Virus record (IMG/VR): IMGVR_UViG_3300033163_000002
Span: 1,340 to 65,339 of that record
Origin: a virus
Lineage: Duplodnaviria > Caudoviricetes
DNA length: 64,000 nucleotides
Reading direction: 5' to 3' (one strand)
Shown: piece after piece, positions 28,272 through 37,938 of the stretch
How the letters are laid out: every line of letters starts with the position of its first letter
Numbering within the stretch: position 1 is the first letter of the stretch
The notes under the pieces: generated by a model
What the model saw: only the letters and a program-made list of their open reading frames with translations
The model's database searches: none
Told to the model about the DNA's origin: nothing
Made by a program: the position numbers and the translations under genes

Positions 28272-28847
28272 ATGGAAAATATAAATTTCATAAAAAGCGT
28301 AGCATGGTCCTTTCATCAAACCACCGGGATCCAAATGGATGAATTGTTTTCAGAAGCCACATTGGCCTATGTGGAAGCCTGCCAAAGCCATGATCCTCAA
28401 AAAAGCAAATTAACCACATGGGCATATCATCATATGCGATCCAGATTGATCAAATTTTGTAAACAAGAAAAGCGCTATAAATTGATATTGGATTCCTGTC
28501 CGGATATAGTCCAATATGAAAGACAAAATCTATATGAAAGCGGATCCATGTCAAAGATTGGAAAAGGGGAAGCGGATCAATTCATTGATCAGATCCATGA
28601 ATTGCTTTTCAGTCCCTTTGTTGATCCTTTTGATTTCCCCTTGCAGGATATTCTAAAACAGCTCCCAGAACAGGGCAGGGAGCTCGTTAAATTGATTTTA
28701 GAATCCCCAGAAGATTATCCCATTGATAAACCAAAAAAGGCCCGTGGAATGGTCGTTAAGATGCTCAGGGCACATGGTTGGTCATGGGGAATGATCTGGG
28801 ATCAGATCCGGATCCTGAAAACCATCCTGAATGAATCCCAGATTTAG
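28272..28847 (+). CDS. Phage sigma70-like factor
   Basis: Region 2-like DEL.SEA.LAY.EA..S.DP.KSK.TTWAY..MR..L; C-terminal helix pair. Confidence 0.7.
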   Translation: MENINFIKSVAWSFHQTTGIQMDELFSEATLAYVEACQSHDPQKSKLTTWAYHHMRSRLIKFCKQEKRYKLILDSCPDIVQYERQNLYESGSMSKIGKGEADQFIDQIHELLFSPFVDPFDFPLQDILKQLPEQGRELVKLILESPEDYPIDKPKKARGMVVKMLRAHGWSWGMIWDQIRILKTILNESQI

Positions 28848-28856
28848 AGTATAATA
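28830..28856 (+). promoter_or_regulatory. Putative phage promoter AATGAA-N13-GTATAATA (copy 1)
   Basis: Same motif and 13-nt spacing at four gene boundaries. Confidence 0.6.
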
Positions 28857-29096
28857 TAACAGGGGAATCAATCCCCCAAAAACTAAAAATCCAATGTTTA
28901 TTTATTTGCTGTGGTTGGCGGTTTGGATATTATTTTTTTATGGGGAGTATCCCCGCCAATCCACTATTATTCACAATGAAATTCCTCACTGGCTGTGGCC
29001 TCAATTTTATTGACGGAATCCTTTCTATGATACAACTTAAAAATATATTTGATGAAAATACCGGTTGCAGGGTGAATTAAAAATGTAACCCTGTAT

Positions 29097-29194
29097 GGCA
29101 GATGTAGTCGTAATGGAATAACGATCCGGAATTGCCGATTAGAGCAATGTAAACACGATCACCGGGGATATGGGTTCGAGTCCCATCGCCTGCC
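29097..29194 (+). tRNA. Atypical tRNA (His-like extra G-1:C73 pair) with a 32-nt expanded anticodon domain; pseudo- or intron-containing tRNA
   Basis: Acceptor GCAGATG/CGCCTGC, D arm GTCG-taatggaataa-CGAT, T arm ATGGG-TTCGAGT-CCCAT; CCGG/CCGG stem encloses 32 nt; no encoded CCA. Confidence 0.6.
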
Positions 29195-29222
29195 CAAATT
29201 TTTTAATTCAAAAACAAAACCC

Positions 29223-29444
29223 ATGGCAAAGAAAAAAAGAAAAACAGATTTTTCATTCGCCAGATTCTTCAACCCATCAAAATCCCCCAACGGATCCTCT
29301 TTTCTGAATGGGGAATTTTATATTCCGATTCATCGGAAAAGGATGGGCATTCTAATCTGGAACAGCAAAAAATTTGGAGCATTCCGGGGAAGCGTCCGGG
29401 ATGATCTGATTCTTCAATCCACCCAAAGGACAACCAAAAAATGA
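29223..29444 (+). CDS. Hypothetical protein
   Basis: 73-aa basic ORF with an AT-rich leader. Confidence 0.55.
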   Translation: MAKKKRKTDFSFARFFNPSKSPNGSSFLNGEFYIPIHRKRMGILIWNSKKFGAFRGSVRDDLILQSTQRTTKK

Positions 29445-29448
29445 TCCC

Positions 29449-29664
29449 ATGATTATTGCAATTGATTTTGATGGGACCTGCACCTCCCATGACTTCCCCA
29501 ATATCGGGAAAGATATCGGGGCAGCCCCCGTGTTGAAAGATCTGATCAGGAATGGTCATGAATTGATCTTATACACGATGCGATGTGATTTCAAAGGGGA
29601 TGAAAAATTGAGTGGAAGCCCCACCGGATCCAATGATCCCAGAAAATACCTGACGGATGCGTAG
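29449..29664 (+). pseudogene. Truncated HAD-like hydrolase
   Basis: IAIDFDGT motif I and LILYTMR motif II are present; the ORF stops before any motif IV (DD). Confidence 0.55.
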
Positions 29665-29698
29665 GATTCTGATTCATGAAGGAATAATTCAACAATAA

Positions 29699-30607
29699 AT
29701 GGATATTATTCGGTTGTATCAGGATTATGATGTCCCCTATCAAACGGAAGGACATAAGCATTGTCGGCCCGGTTGGGCCAACACCGCCTGCCCTTTCTGC
29801 ACTGGTAACCCCGGCCTTCATCTTGGCGCAAGTCTGGATGGGGGCCATTTTTTTTGCTGGCGCTGTGGGTGGCATCCCCCGGATAAAGCCCTGTCTAAAT
29901 TATTGGGAGTATCGGAAAGGGATGCAAAAAAGATCATCTCCCAATATGGAGGCAGATCCCAGATTGCCCCAGAAGCAAAGATCCAGATCCGAACCAAGGC
30001 ATTCAAATACCCATCCAATACAGGGGAATTGCGAAAAGCCCATCGGAGATATTTGGAAAGGCGGAACTTTGATCCAGATCAGATCATTCAACAATGGGGA
30101 ATTCAGGGAATCGGTCCAATGGGGTTTCTGGATAAAGTCGACTACGGGCGTAGAATCCTGATCCCGATCTACTGGGATGGGAATCCTGTTACCTTTCAAG
30201 CAAGGGATATCACCGACCAACATCCAATGAAATATCTGGCTTGCATGAAGGAAAGGGAAATCATTCACCACAAGGAATTGATCTACGGAAATCAACAATT
30301 CTGGGGGGATACCGGGATCTGCGTGGAGGGGGTGATGGATGTTTGGCGATTCGGGGTGAATGCCTTTGCCACATTTGGAATTGAATATACCCATAAACAA
30401 TTGCGGATCATTTCCAAATCATTCAAGCGGGTGGCTGTCATTTTTGATGATGAATTGCAAGCCCAGAATCAGGCAAAGAAATTAGTAGCAGATCTTCGCT
30501 TCCGGGGAATTGATTCTTTCCTGATCCAGATTGAAGGGGATCCGGGGGGGATGGATCAAGGGGAAGCCAATTATCTGATTAGCAATATATTAAATAATAA
30601 ATTTTGA
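29699..30607 (+). CDS. DNA primase (Zn ribbon + TOPRIM)
   Basis: CPFC..H..CWRCG; CVEGVMDVW; IFDD. Confidence 0.85.
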   Translation: MDIIRLYQDYDVPYQTEGHKHCRPGWANTACPFCTGNPGLHLGASLDGGHFFCWRCGWHPPDKALSKLLGVSERDAKKIISQYGGRSQIAPEAKIQIRTKAFKYPSNTGELRKAHRRYLERRNFDPDQIIQQWGIQGIGPMGFLDKVDYGRRILIPIYWDGNPVTFQARDITDQHPMKYLACMKEREIIHHKELIYGNQQFWGDTGICVEGVMDVWRFGVNAFATFGIEYTHKQLRIISKSFKRVAVIFDDELQAQNQAKKLVADLRFRGIDSFLIQIEGDPGGMDQGEANYLISNILNNKF

Positions 30608-30633
30608 AATCAGAAATATTTTTATTATTTTTG
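30603..30633 (+). promoter_or_regulatory. Second Bacteroidota-type promoter
   Basis: TTTG at 30603-06, 19-nt spacer, TATTTTTG at 30626-33, upstream of the initiator gene. Confidence 0.55.
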
Positions 30634-30753
30634 GAGCCCATTTTAGGAAAGAAAGGTGGTTCTTTCCAATCAGGAAACTTACTTAAATGACCCGCAGGGA
30701 GTAGGCGCCACCTCGCCGAAACCTGTGGGTCTTATTTAATCCGCATTCACATC

Positions 30754-31665
30754 ATGGAACGAACAAAAATCCCAAAAAAACCAAAACTACCAGATGCTGT
30801 CAATTTTTCCCCACAAGATTTCACCATGATCCCAAACACCCTGATCCGGGATCCAAATATCAGCGCCAAGGCAAAGGCGATCCTTTGTTTGTTGTTGTCC
30901 AATAAAGATGGCTGGCACACTTATATCGGGGGATTGGAAAAGATGATGAAAGAAAAAAGAGATGCCATTTTATCAGGGATCCGGGAACTGGAAGAACATG
31001 GGTTTGTTCTTCGGTTAAGGTATCGGGAAAAGAAAACAAAAGTATTCCGGGGGACCCTATGGGCTTATACGAATGAAAAGGGAGTGTTTTCCATTGCGCC
31101 TCATGTTGTCAAATTAGATTCGTATGGGTTGGAAATCGTGGGTGTTGAGCCACAACCGGATTATCCAGCGCCGGAAAAGCCAGCGCCGGAAAAGCCAGCG
31201 CCGGAAAAACCGTGTGTAAAAATATTAAAGAAAAAATACCAAGGGAAAAATACCAATGATGATGATGATTCAGCAGCATCATTTTTCCCCACCATCCCAG
31301 AATCCCCCAATCAAAAAATCACCCCGTCCCAATTTACCCAGTTCTGGGAATCCTATCCATTGAAAGCAGACAAGGGGAAAGCCCTGACCAAATGGAATCA
31401 GATCTGCGGCCGGAAAGAAAATGTTCCGAGCCTGAAAAAAATCCTTTCCGCCATATCATCCCAAAAAGAAACCGACCGATGGAAGAAAAGGGGAATGATC
31501 CCCCATCCGACTACTTGGTTGAATCAATCCCGTTGGTTGGATGATCCCGCCCAGATGAATGATCGATTCCGGGGGAATGGATCCCCTGATTCCAAAAACC
31601 GCACCCGACATTGGGATCCGGAAAAAAGAACTTACGGCGAACCTGATAAAATTATCCAATCATGA
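30754..31665 (+). CDS. Replication initiator protein (N-terminal HTH; C-terminal F..FW..YP.K..K..A, PHP.TWLN..RW)
   Basis: FT.IPN.LI.D..IS.KAKAIL..LLS; followed by a DnaC-like loader. Confidence 0.8.
   Translation: MERTKIPKKPKLPDAVNFSPQDFTMIPNTLIRDPNISAKAKAILCLLLSNKDGWHTYIGGLEKMMKEKRDAILSGIRELEEHGFVLRLRYREKKTKVFRGTLWAYTNEKGVFSIAPHVVKLDSYGLEIVGVEPQPDYPAPEKPAPEKPAPEKPCVKILKKKYQGKNTNDDDDSAASFFPTIPESPNQKITPSQFTQFWESYPLKADKGKALTKWNQICGRKENVPSLKKILSAISSQKETDRWKKRGMIPHPTTWLNQSRWLDDPAQMNDRFRGNGSPDSKNRTRHWDPEKRTYGEPDKIIQS
31166..31210 (+). repeat. Three 15-bp direct repeats (PAPEK x3) inside the initiator gene; possible iterons
   Basis: ccagcgccggaaaag x3. Confidence 0.7.
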
Positions 31666-32240
31666 CAAAACAAGAAAAATGGGAAGAGCATATCCTGCCA
31701 AGGGTGCGGGAAGCATTTTCCCCCCGGCTCCGGGATGATCTGATCCAGATCCCGACGAAATCATCCGTGATTGAATTGGAAGATGATCCCCAAATGAGTT
31801 ATTACATTTATGGTCCGGTGGGATCCGGGAAAACCTTATTAGCCGCCCAGATTGTGGTTGAATTGAAAAGGCGGGCATTCCTATCTGGGAAGGATCTGCC
31901 GGAAGCCACCTTGATAACCATTCCGGAGTTGTTATTTGAAATTCAATCCTTTTTCGGAAAAAATTCCGCTGATCTGGTTGCTTTCATGAATGGGATTGCC
32001 GAGGTTGATCTGTTGGTATTGGATGATCTGGGAAGCGAAAAAAGCACAGACTGGGCATTCCAGATCCTGTACATGATTATCAATCGCCGATATGAACAAA
32101 AGAAACCCATCATTCTGACCTCTAATCTTTCTCTGGATCAATTATCCGAAACATTGGGAGATGATCGGATTCCTTCCCGATTGAAGCAGATGTGTAGGAT
32201 TTTATTTTTGAATAACAAAGACTTTCGCAATAAAAGATGA
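31662..32240 (+). CDS. DnaC/IstB-like helicase loader
   Basis: GPVGSGKT, LLVLDDLG.E, INRRY..KP.ILTSN, RI.SRL..MC. Confidence 0.9.
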   Translation: MTKQEKWEEHILPRVREAFSPRLRDDLIQIPTKSSVIELEDDPQMSYYIYGPVGSGKTLLAAQIVVELKRRAFLSGKDLPEATLITIPELLFEIQSFFGKNSADLVAFMNGIAEVDLLVLDDLGSEKSTDWAFQILYMIINRRYEQKKPIILTSNLSLDQLSETLGDDRIPSRLKQMCRILFLNNKDFRNKR

Positions 32241-33802
32241 AACCGGATCAGAAAATTGAACGAAAAATTGTGATCGGATTGATCACCTCAACTGAATTCA
32301 TTCATCGGATTCAACCTTTCTGGGATGGATCGCTGTTGCAATCTTCCATGGCAAAGCGATTATCGGCATGGTGTTTGGATCACTTTGAAAAGTTCCAGAA
32401 AGCCCCCGGACCCAATATTGAGGACATTTTCTTTGAAAAAATGAAAAGGGGATTGCCAAAGGAATTGGCAGAAGAAATCTCCGAAGATATTTTACCAGAT
32501 CTGAGCGATGAATATGTGGAAGATTCGTTAAATATCGATTATCTAATAAAGCAAACTCAGGATTACCTACAAGAGCAGCATCTTTTGCGCTTCGGGGATC
32601 AGATCCGCCATTTACTGGAAGGCGGGGAAATCAATCAGGCAGAAGAATTGGCAAACAATTATGCCCCCCTGATCAAAGGATCCGGATCTTTCTTTCTGGA
32701 TCTGGGATCGGATCAGGCGTTGGAGGTGGTGGAAAAAGCCTTTGAAGAATCCTACCAGCCGGTGATCCGATATCCGAAACAGTTGGGGGATTTCTGGAAT
32801 CATCAACTGGTGAAGGGGGGATTCATCGCCCTGATGGCTTCCGAAAAAAGGGGGAAATCCTACTGGCTATTAGATATGGCTATCCGGGCGACCCGGCAGG
32901 GGAAGAAAGTAGCCTTTTTTCAGGCCGGGGATATGACCGAGCGTCAGCAGATCCGGCGGATCGGGATCCATCTCTTGAAAAGATCTGATCGGGAAAAATA
33001 TTGCGGGAAAATGTTTGAGCCGATCCGGGATTGCATCCACAACCAAAGGGACACCTGTGATCGGGAAGAAAGGGAATGCGATTTCGGTATTTTGGCGGAT
33101 TGGGGCGACAAAAAGATCCGGGACGAAATTACATTGGAAGAATTGATTAAACGGTGGAAGGAGCATCCGGATTATCGACCCTGTTTCAATTGCAAGGAAT
33201 ATCAATCCCGACCATGGGGAGCCGTCTGGGTGAATCAGATTGATGTTGGATCCCCGATCAATGGGAAAGAAGCCCGGCAGGCGTTTGATCGATTCTTCGC
33301 CCAGACCAAGCGACGGCTTTTATTATCCACACATTCAAATGGATCCCTTTCCGTGGGGAAGATGCGGGGATTCCTGAACCTCTGGGAAAAACAAGAAGAT
33401 TTCATTCCGGATCTGATCATTGTGGATTATGCGGATCTTTTAACAACGGATTCCGGGGGGAAGGATTTCCGACACCAACAGAATGAAATTTGGAAAGGGC
33501 TGCGGGCTTTATCGCAGGAAAAGAATCAACCATTGGTGGTCACGGTAACCCAAGCCGATGCGGATAGCTATGATCGGAAGCGATTATCATTGAAAAATTT
33601 CAGCGAAGACAAAAGGAAATATGCCCATGTGACGGCTATGTTTGGATTGAATCAGGATAAAACAGGGCGGGAAAAAAAATTGGGGATCATGCGAATAAAT
33701 GAATTGGTGATCCGGGAGGACTTTTTCGACGGGGTTCGGGATATCACCGTGTTGCAGAATCTGAGCAGGGGATTGCCCTTATTATCCAGCTACTGGGGAT
33801 GA
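32237..33802 (+). CDS. Replicative DnaB-like helicase with Cys-rich insertion
   Basis: Walker A variant ASEKRGKS, IIVDYAD, VTVTQA, SEDK.K. Confidence 0.8.
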   Translation: MKPDQKIERKIVIGLITSTEFIHRIQPFWDGSLLQSSMAKRLSAWCLDHFEKFQKAPGPNIEDIFFEKMKRGLPKELAEEISEDILPDLSDEYVEDSLNIDYLIKQTQDYLQEQHLLRFGDQIRHLLEGGEINQAEELANNYAPLIKGSGSFFLDLGSDQALEVVEKAFEESYQPVIRYPKQLGDFWNHQLVKGGFIALMASEKRGKSYWLLDMAIRATRQGKKVAFFQAGDMTERQQIRRIGIHLLKRSDREKYCGKMFEPIRDCIHNQRDTCDREERECDFGILADWGDKKIRDEITLEELIKRWKEHPDYRPCFNCKEYQSRPWGAVWVNQIDVGSPINGKEARQAFDRFFAQTKRRLLLSTHSNGSLSVGKMRGFLNLWEKQEDFIPDLIIVDYADLLTTDSGGKDFRHQQNEIWKGLRALSQEKNQPLVVTVTQADADSYDRKRLSLKNFSEDKRKYAHVTAMFGLNQDKTGREKKLGIMRINELVIREDFFDGVRDITVLQNLSRGLPLLSSYWG

Positions 33803-33810
33803 TCCCCCTG

Positions 33811-33837
33811 AATGAATTGACATCTGCGGGTATAATA
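33811..33837 (+). promoter_or_regulatory. Putative phage promoter AATGAA-N13-GTATAATA (copy 2)
   Basis: Immediately after the helicase stop codon. Confidence 0.6.
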
Positions 33838-33855
33838 TAACAAAGGATAGAAATC

Positions 33856-33966
33856 ATGATCACCGCAGCTTGTATATTGATGATCGCTCTTTTTTTGGGG
33901 GTTTGTTTGTTTGCGGTATGGATGGAACACCGCGACAGAAACAATAGGAAATGGGATTCCGGCTGA
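33856..33966 (+). CDS. 36-aa single-pass membrane micropeptide
   Basis: MITAACILMIALFLGVCLFAVWMEHRDRNNRKWDSG; similar to 20385-20495. Confidence 0.55.
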   Translation: MITAACILMIALFLGVCLFAVWMEHRDRNNRKWDSG

Positions 33967-34175
33967 CTGCAAAGCGCTGGGGGCTTTTTAAGGAGTTTTG
34001 GCCTACACTGATCCCATTTCCATCCCCCCAGAAACAAAATGACGCCAATAGCGCTCGTTTAACCGACGATCGGCACCGGGGTGATATATGGATATCATTT
34101 TAAGATGATCGCCAGCCAGAAGCCCGGAAACGAAGCCATAGGCACATTCTGGGGGTTTTTATAGATCCCCCAATC

Positions 34176-34340
34176 ATGCAAATCAATCAAAAAATGAAAT
34201 TATTGGAATTTATTTTGATCATTGTGGGGATTATTTCCCTGATTGGAGCGATGCTTGGCCACACCCATCAATTGGCAATCACCTTGCTTTGCATTGGATT
34301 ATTTGTATTAACGAAATCAAAACCATTGAATGATGAATAA
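34176..34340 (+). CDS. Small two-helix membrane protein (54 aa)
   Basis: Hand-translated MQINQKMKLLEFILIIVG..KPLNDE; overlaps the queD start. Confidence 0.5.
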   Translation: MQINQKMKLLEFILIIVGIISLIGAMLGHTHQLAITLLCIGLFVLTKSKPLNDE

Positions 34341-34737
34341 CAGGAATGAAATCATGGTGGTGAAGGAATTTACCTTTGATGCCGCCCATTGCCTACCGGG
34401 ATATCCGGGGGATTGTGCCAATCTTCATGGCCACACTTATCGACTGCAGATTGGAATCATCGGGGGAATCAACCCAGATACCGGGATGGTCATGGATTTC
34501 AAAAAATTGAAAACCATCACAAAACCCATTCTGGACCAAATGGATCATGCTTATCTGAATAATCTGAATGACCCATCATTCCCATCCCACCTGCCGACCG
34601 CCGAAAACATGACAGTCTGGATTGCTGATCAGATCCGGACCAAGCTTTATGAAAATTATCGGGGAGCGGTTGAATTGGGATTGGTTCGCCTATGGGAAAC
34701 ACCCACCAGCTATGCCGAATGGAAAAAGAACTGGTAA
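34330..34737 (+). CDS. queD: 6-carboxytetrahydropterin synthase
   Basis: F.FDAAH.L..Y.G.C.NLHGHTY, MDF..LK, DHAYLN, PTAEN, RLWETPTSYA. Confidence 0.95.
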   Translation: MMNNRNEIMVVKEFTFDAAHCLPGYPGDCANLHGHTYRLQIGIIGGINPDTGMVMDFKKLKTITKPILDQMDHAYLNNLNDPSFPSHLPTAENMTVWIADQIRTKLYENYRGAVELGLVRLWETPTSYAEWKKNW

Positions 34738-34906
34738 ACTCCCCATCCGGCATTGTCGGTATTGTGGGAAAAAATTCCAATTGGATCGGGAAATCATCCT
34801 GTTGATTGAAGATGAATTCATCGAATCCAATGCGGAAATATGTGATGATTGTATGGAAATCCGAATAAATGAAATGAAAGAAAGGAATCAGAATGAAACT
34901 TTATGA
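34712..34906 (+). CDS. Small Zn-finger protein
   Basis: CRYC..CDDC; 64 aa from ATG 34712. Confidence 0.55.
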   Translation: MPNGKRTGKLPIRHCRYCGKKFQLDREIILLIEDEFIESNAEICDDCMEIRINEMKERNQNETL

Positions 34907-35546
34907 AATCTTTGAATCCATTTCCGGGGAATCCGGAATCATTCCGCAGGGCGCCTGGTGCACTTTTATCAGGTTTAAGGGGTGTAATCTTCGCTGCCAT
35001 TATTGCGATACTGCCCACACCCAGATTGGAGGCGGGGAAGATACATCCATGATGGAAATTGCTGATCAGATCAAAACCAAATATGTGACCATCACCGGGG
35101 GGGAACCCCTACTGCAGAAAGATCTGGGAAGATTGATCAATGAATTGAAGAAAGCAGGACATATCATTCAGGTGGAAACAAATGGATCCTTTCCACCCCT
35201 TCGCGGGGCTCCCTGTGGTTGGGTGATGGATCTCAAAGGACCCTCTTCCGGAATGTCCGAACAAATACCCCCTTTGCCGGAATTCATTGAAAGGATTCAG
35301 GGATTGGATGCGGTTGTGAAATTCATTATCCAGAAAGGGAATGATCATGATCTGTTCTTTGCCTGTAATAAAAGCATGATGTTGGCGGATTATGGGTATC
35401 AGGGGAATTTTATATTCAGTCCGATGGATGCGGATCCGGCAACCATTGAATGGATGATGCCCATATTGGATTCGTTTCTTCCCCTGAGTATCAAAAGCAG
35501 ATTGATTATTTCACTCCAGATTCATAAATTGTGCAAAATGCCTTAA
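34893..35546 (+). CDS. queE: 7-carboxy-7-deazaguanine synthase (radical SAM)
   Basis: EIF.SI.GE, FIRF.GCNLRC.YCDT, ITGGEPLLQ, ETNG, QIHK. Confidence 0.93.
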   Translation: MKLYEIFESISGESGIIPQGAWCTFIRFKGCNLRCHYCDTAHTQIGGGEDTSMMEIADQIKTKYVTITGGEPLLQKDLGRLINELKKAGHIIQVETNGSFPPLRGAPCGWVMDLKGPSSGMSEQIPPLPEFIERIQGLDAVVKFIIQKGNDHDLFFACNKSMMLADYGYQGNFIFSPMDADPATIEWMMPILDSFLPLSIKSRLIISLQIHKLCKMP

Positions 35547-35571
35547 TGAAAACAAAACGTTTGGTATAATA
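35545..35571 (+). promoter_or_regulatory. Putative phage promoter AATGAA-N13-GTATAATA (copy 3)
   Basis: Directly after the queE stop codon. Confidence 0.6.
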
Positions 35572-35612
35572 TAACAAAGATCCTATTTTACCAAACATCA
35601 AAAACCCAAATT

Positions 35613-36230
35613 ATGAAAACCTTAGTAGGAATTGCAAAAGATCTAAACGAAGTGATGGGATTGGATCCCAAAATCCCTGTGGTCGGGATTACCAAAGAAA
35701 AATTGACCGCCCAGATCAAAAAAGCATCGGCAATGATTGATCCGATCAATGATGAATTTACCCCGGAAACCGTCGCTGGATTGAAGAATCTGGGTTTCTG
35801 GAAAGAAGATGATTCAGATCAGGAGGACACCCCGGAAGCATTGGATTTGGAATCCCTGATCCATCAGACCAAAGATTTGAAGGAATTGAAGGCCTTGGTG
35901 AAGGATCGGGAAGAATTCAAACCGCTCCGGAAAAGAATTGCCGGGATGTTTGATCTGAATGATCTGCGGGAAGAAATGCTTTCCCTTTTGGATCCGGATT
36001 ACACTCCCCCTGCTCCGGAAAAGAAGCCCAAGGCTGAAAAGGCTCCGGAAAAGAAAGGACCCAATCAAACAACTCTGATCCGCTCCCTGATCAAATCAAA
36101 AGCCAAAAGGGAAACCATTGTCAAAGAATTGGCGGAAACCTTTGAAAAGACTGAAGGATGGGCCAATTCCCGCCTGAAAGTCTACGAAAATGCCTATGGG
36201 GAAATGGGCGTAAATGATAAAAATTTGTAA
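35613..36230 (+). CDS. Hypothetical protein
   Basis: 205-aa charged helical ORF. Confidence 0.7.
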   Translation: MKTLVGIAKDLNEVMGLDPKIPVVGITKEKLTAQIKKASAMIDPINDEFTPETVAGLKNLGFWKEDDSDQEDTPEALDLESLIHQTKDLKELKALVKDREEFKPLRKRIAGMFDLNDLREEMLSLLDPDYTPPAPEKKPKAEKAPEKKGPNQTTLIRSLIKSKAKRETIVKELAETFEKTEGWANSRLKVYENAYGEMGVNDKNL

Positions 36231-36350
36231 TCATGTTGATCCAATTTTTATCAGATTTTTTCAAACAACCAGAATCAGTTATCCAGCGGGTGCTCCATGA
36301 TCGGGAGCACCTGTTGGGCATTGAATCATTTTTGTGAAAAACAGCCACTG

Positions 36351-36599
36351 ATGAATGTCATTGCGATTGATTTTGATGGGACCGCTTCGGAACACCCCGA
36401 AAAGGTCAATCAATTATACGAAAACAGGAATAATTTCATTGTAATCTACACAGCCAGAAGCCCCGAAATCAGGGAAAAAACTGAAAAAGAATTGCAAATG
36501 CTGGGAATCCGATATCATGCATTGGTTATGGGGAAATTGCGGGCAGATTTCTATGTAGATGACAGAAACCAAGGGGGATTAAAATGGCCAGAATATTAG
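36351..36599 (+). CDS. Minimal HAD-superfamily phosphatase
   Basis: IAIDFDGT, IYTAR, GK..AD.YVDDR; start refined to 36351. Confidence 0.75.
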   Translation: MNVIAIDFDGTASEHPEKVNQLYENRNNFIVIYTARSPEIREKTEKELQMLGIRYHALVMGKLRADFYVDDRNQGGLKWPEY

Positions 36600-37279
36600 C
36601 ATTCAGCGCAGGGATGGATTCCCTGATCATGAAAAAATTATGCGGGTATCCGGATTCGGAATGTCTTTTTGTGGACATGGGGACTGAAGAAAACAAACAG
36701 GAGCGGGCTCTGATTGAGCGGTTCTATCCATCCGTTCAGATCCACCAAATGCCAATTGCTCGCTTTGAATTACCAAACAAAATCATCCCTTTCCGGAATC
36801 ATCTGTTGGCATTTATTGCTGCCCAATTCGGAACTGATATTGGATTTGCATTCACCGCCGGGGATACCACCAGGGACAAGGATTATGTCTTTAAAGCGCA
36901 GATTGAAGGAGCGTTAAATTATTTTTGTGGAATCCCTGAAAAAAGCCCCTTCCCCGGAAGCACTTATTCCATTTTCATGCCATTCAAAGATATGACCAAA
37001 GCGGATATGGTGCGGTTTTTTCTGGAGCGAGGGCATAGTCCATTGATTTTGAAAGATCAATCCATTTCCTGTTATGAAGGGAAAGGGGATTCTTGTGGGG
37101 TTTGTCGATCCTGCCTTCGTAAATTCGTTGCACTCACCCTGAATGGGATTGAATGCAGGGATTGGTTTGCTCAAAATCCTGCTACCCAATTGGGTGCTTT
37201 TTATCAGGAATGTGAAAGAAAAAACAGACAATTGGAATCCAAAGATGTTTTGCGATGCATAGACCTATTACAGGAATAA
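36584..37279 (+). CDS. queC: QueC-like PP-loop ATPase, paralog 1
   Basis: SAGMDS PP-loop variant, IPFRN..L, P...MTKAD, SCY..CGVCRSC..K. Confidence 0.75.
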   Translation: MARILAFSAGMDSLIMKKLCGYPDSECLFVDMGTEENKQERALIERFYPSVQIHQMPIARFELPNKIIPFRNHLLAFIAAQFGTDIGFAFTAGDTTRDKDYVFKAQIEGALNYFCGIPEKSPFPGSTYSIFMPFKDMTKADMVRFFLERGHSPLILKDQSISCYEGKGDSCGVCRSCLRKFVALTLNGIECRDWFAQNPATQLGAFYQECERKNRQLESKDVLRCIDLLQE

Positions 37280-37938
37280 TGGCAACCGGGGGAATTGATT
37301 CCACCGTATTGCTATATGATTTGGTGAAAAAGGGGGGCAAGCCCCAAATTTTAACTATTGATTATGGACATTCAACATTCTGGATTCAATGGGAATTGTT
37401 GAAATTCCATGCGAACCATTTGAAATTAAACCCCCCGATTTCCATCCCCATTGTTTACCACCCATGGCAAACCCGGGAAGGATTATTCACCCGGGGATAT
37501 TCCCCAAATGAAAAGGATCCGCTGGGAGATTGGGATTCCTTGCGGTATGCTGATTTTTTTGTTGAAGGTCGGAATTCAATCATGGTTTTATATGCAATGG
37601 CATATTGCTCTGCGCATGGGATTGATGAATTATTGGCCGGCTATCTATATGGGCGGGAAGAATGGGAAAACCGCAGATCTTATAAATTGATGACCGGGGA
37701 TAATTCCCCGCAATTCGTGGATGCAATAAACATCCTGTCCCAATTGGGATTCTCACACCAAGTTCGTTTCAGAGCTCCATTTTATGAACAAAGGATGGAT
37801 AAAGCGGACATCATTCAAAGAGGAAAAGAATTGGGGGTGGATTTTGGAAAAACATATTCATGTTATTTTGATCCGGAATGTGGAAAATGTGATAATTGTT
37901 TGTTAAGAAAAAAATACCTAAATAATGAAATCAACTGA
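37255..37938 (+). CDS. queC: QueC-like PP-loop ATPase, paralog 2
   Basis: TGGIDS PP-loop variant, [29 protein letters not shown]. Confidence 0.8.
   Translation: MHRPITGIMATGGIDSTVLLYDLVKKGGKPQILTIDYGHSTFWIQWELLKFHANHLKLNPPISIPIVYHPWQTREGLFTRGYSPNEKDPLGDWDSLRYADFFVEGRNSIMVLYAMAYCSAHGIDELLAGYLYGREEWENRRSYKLMTGDNSPQFVDAINILSQLGFSHQVRFRAPFYEQRMDKADIIQRGKELGVDFGKTYSCYFDPECGKCDNCLLRKKYLNNEIN

Noticed and set aside
29449-29700. Stop-codon reassignment (TAG read-through) to rescue the HAD gene
   Set aside because: A TGA follows four codons later with no HAD motif IV, and other genes end normally at TAG, TGA and TAA under code 11.
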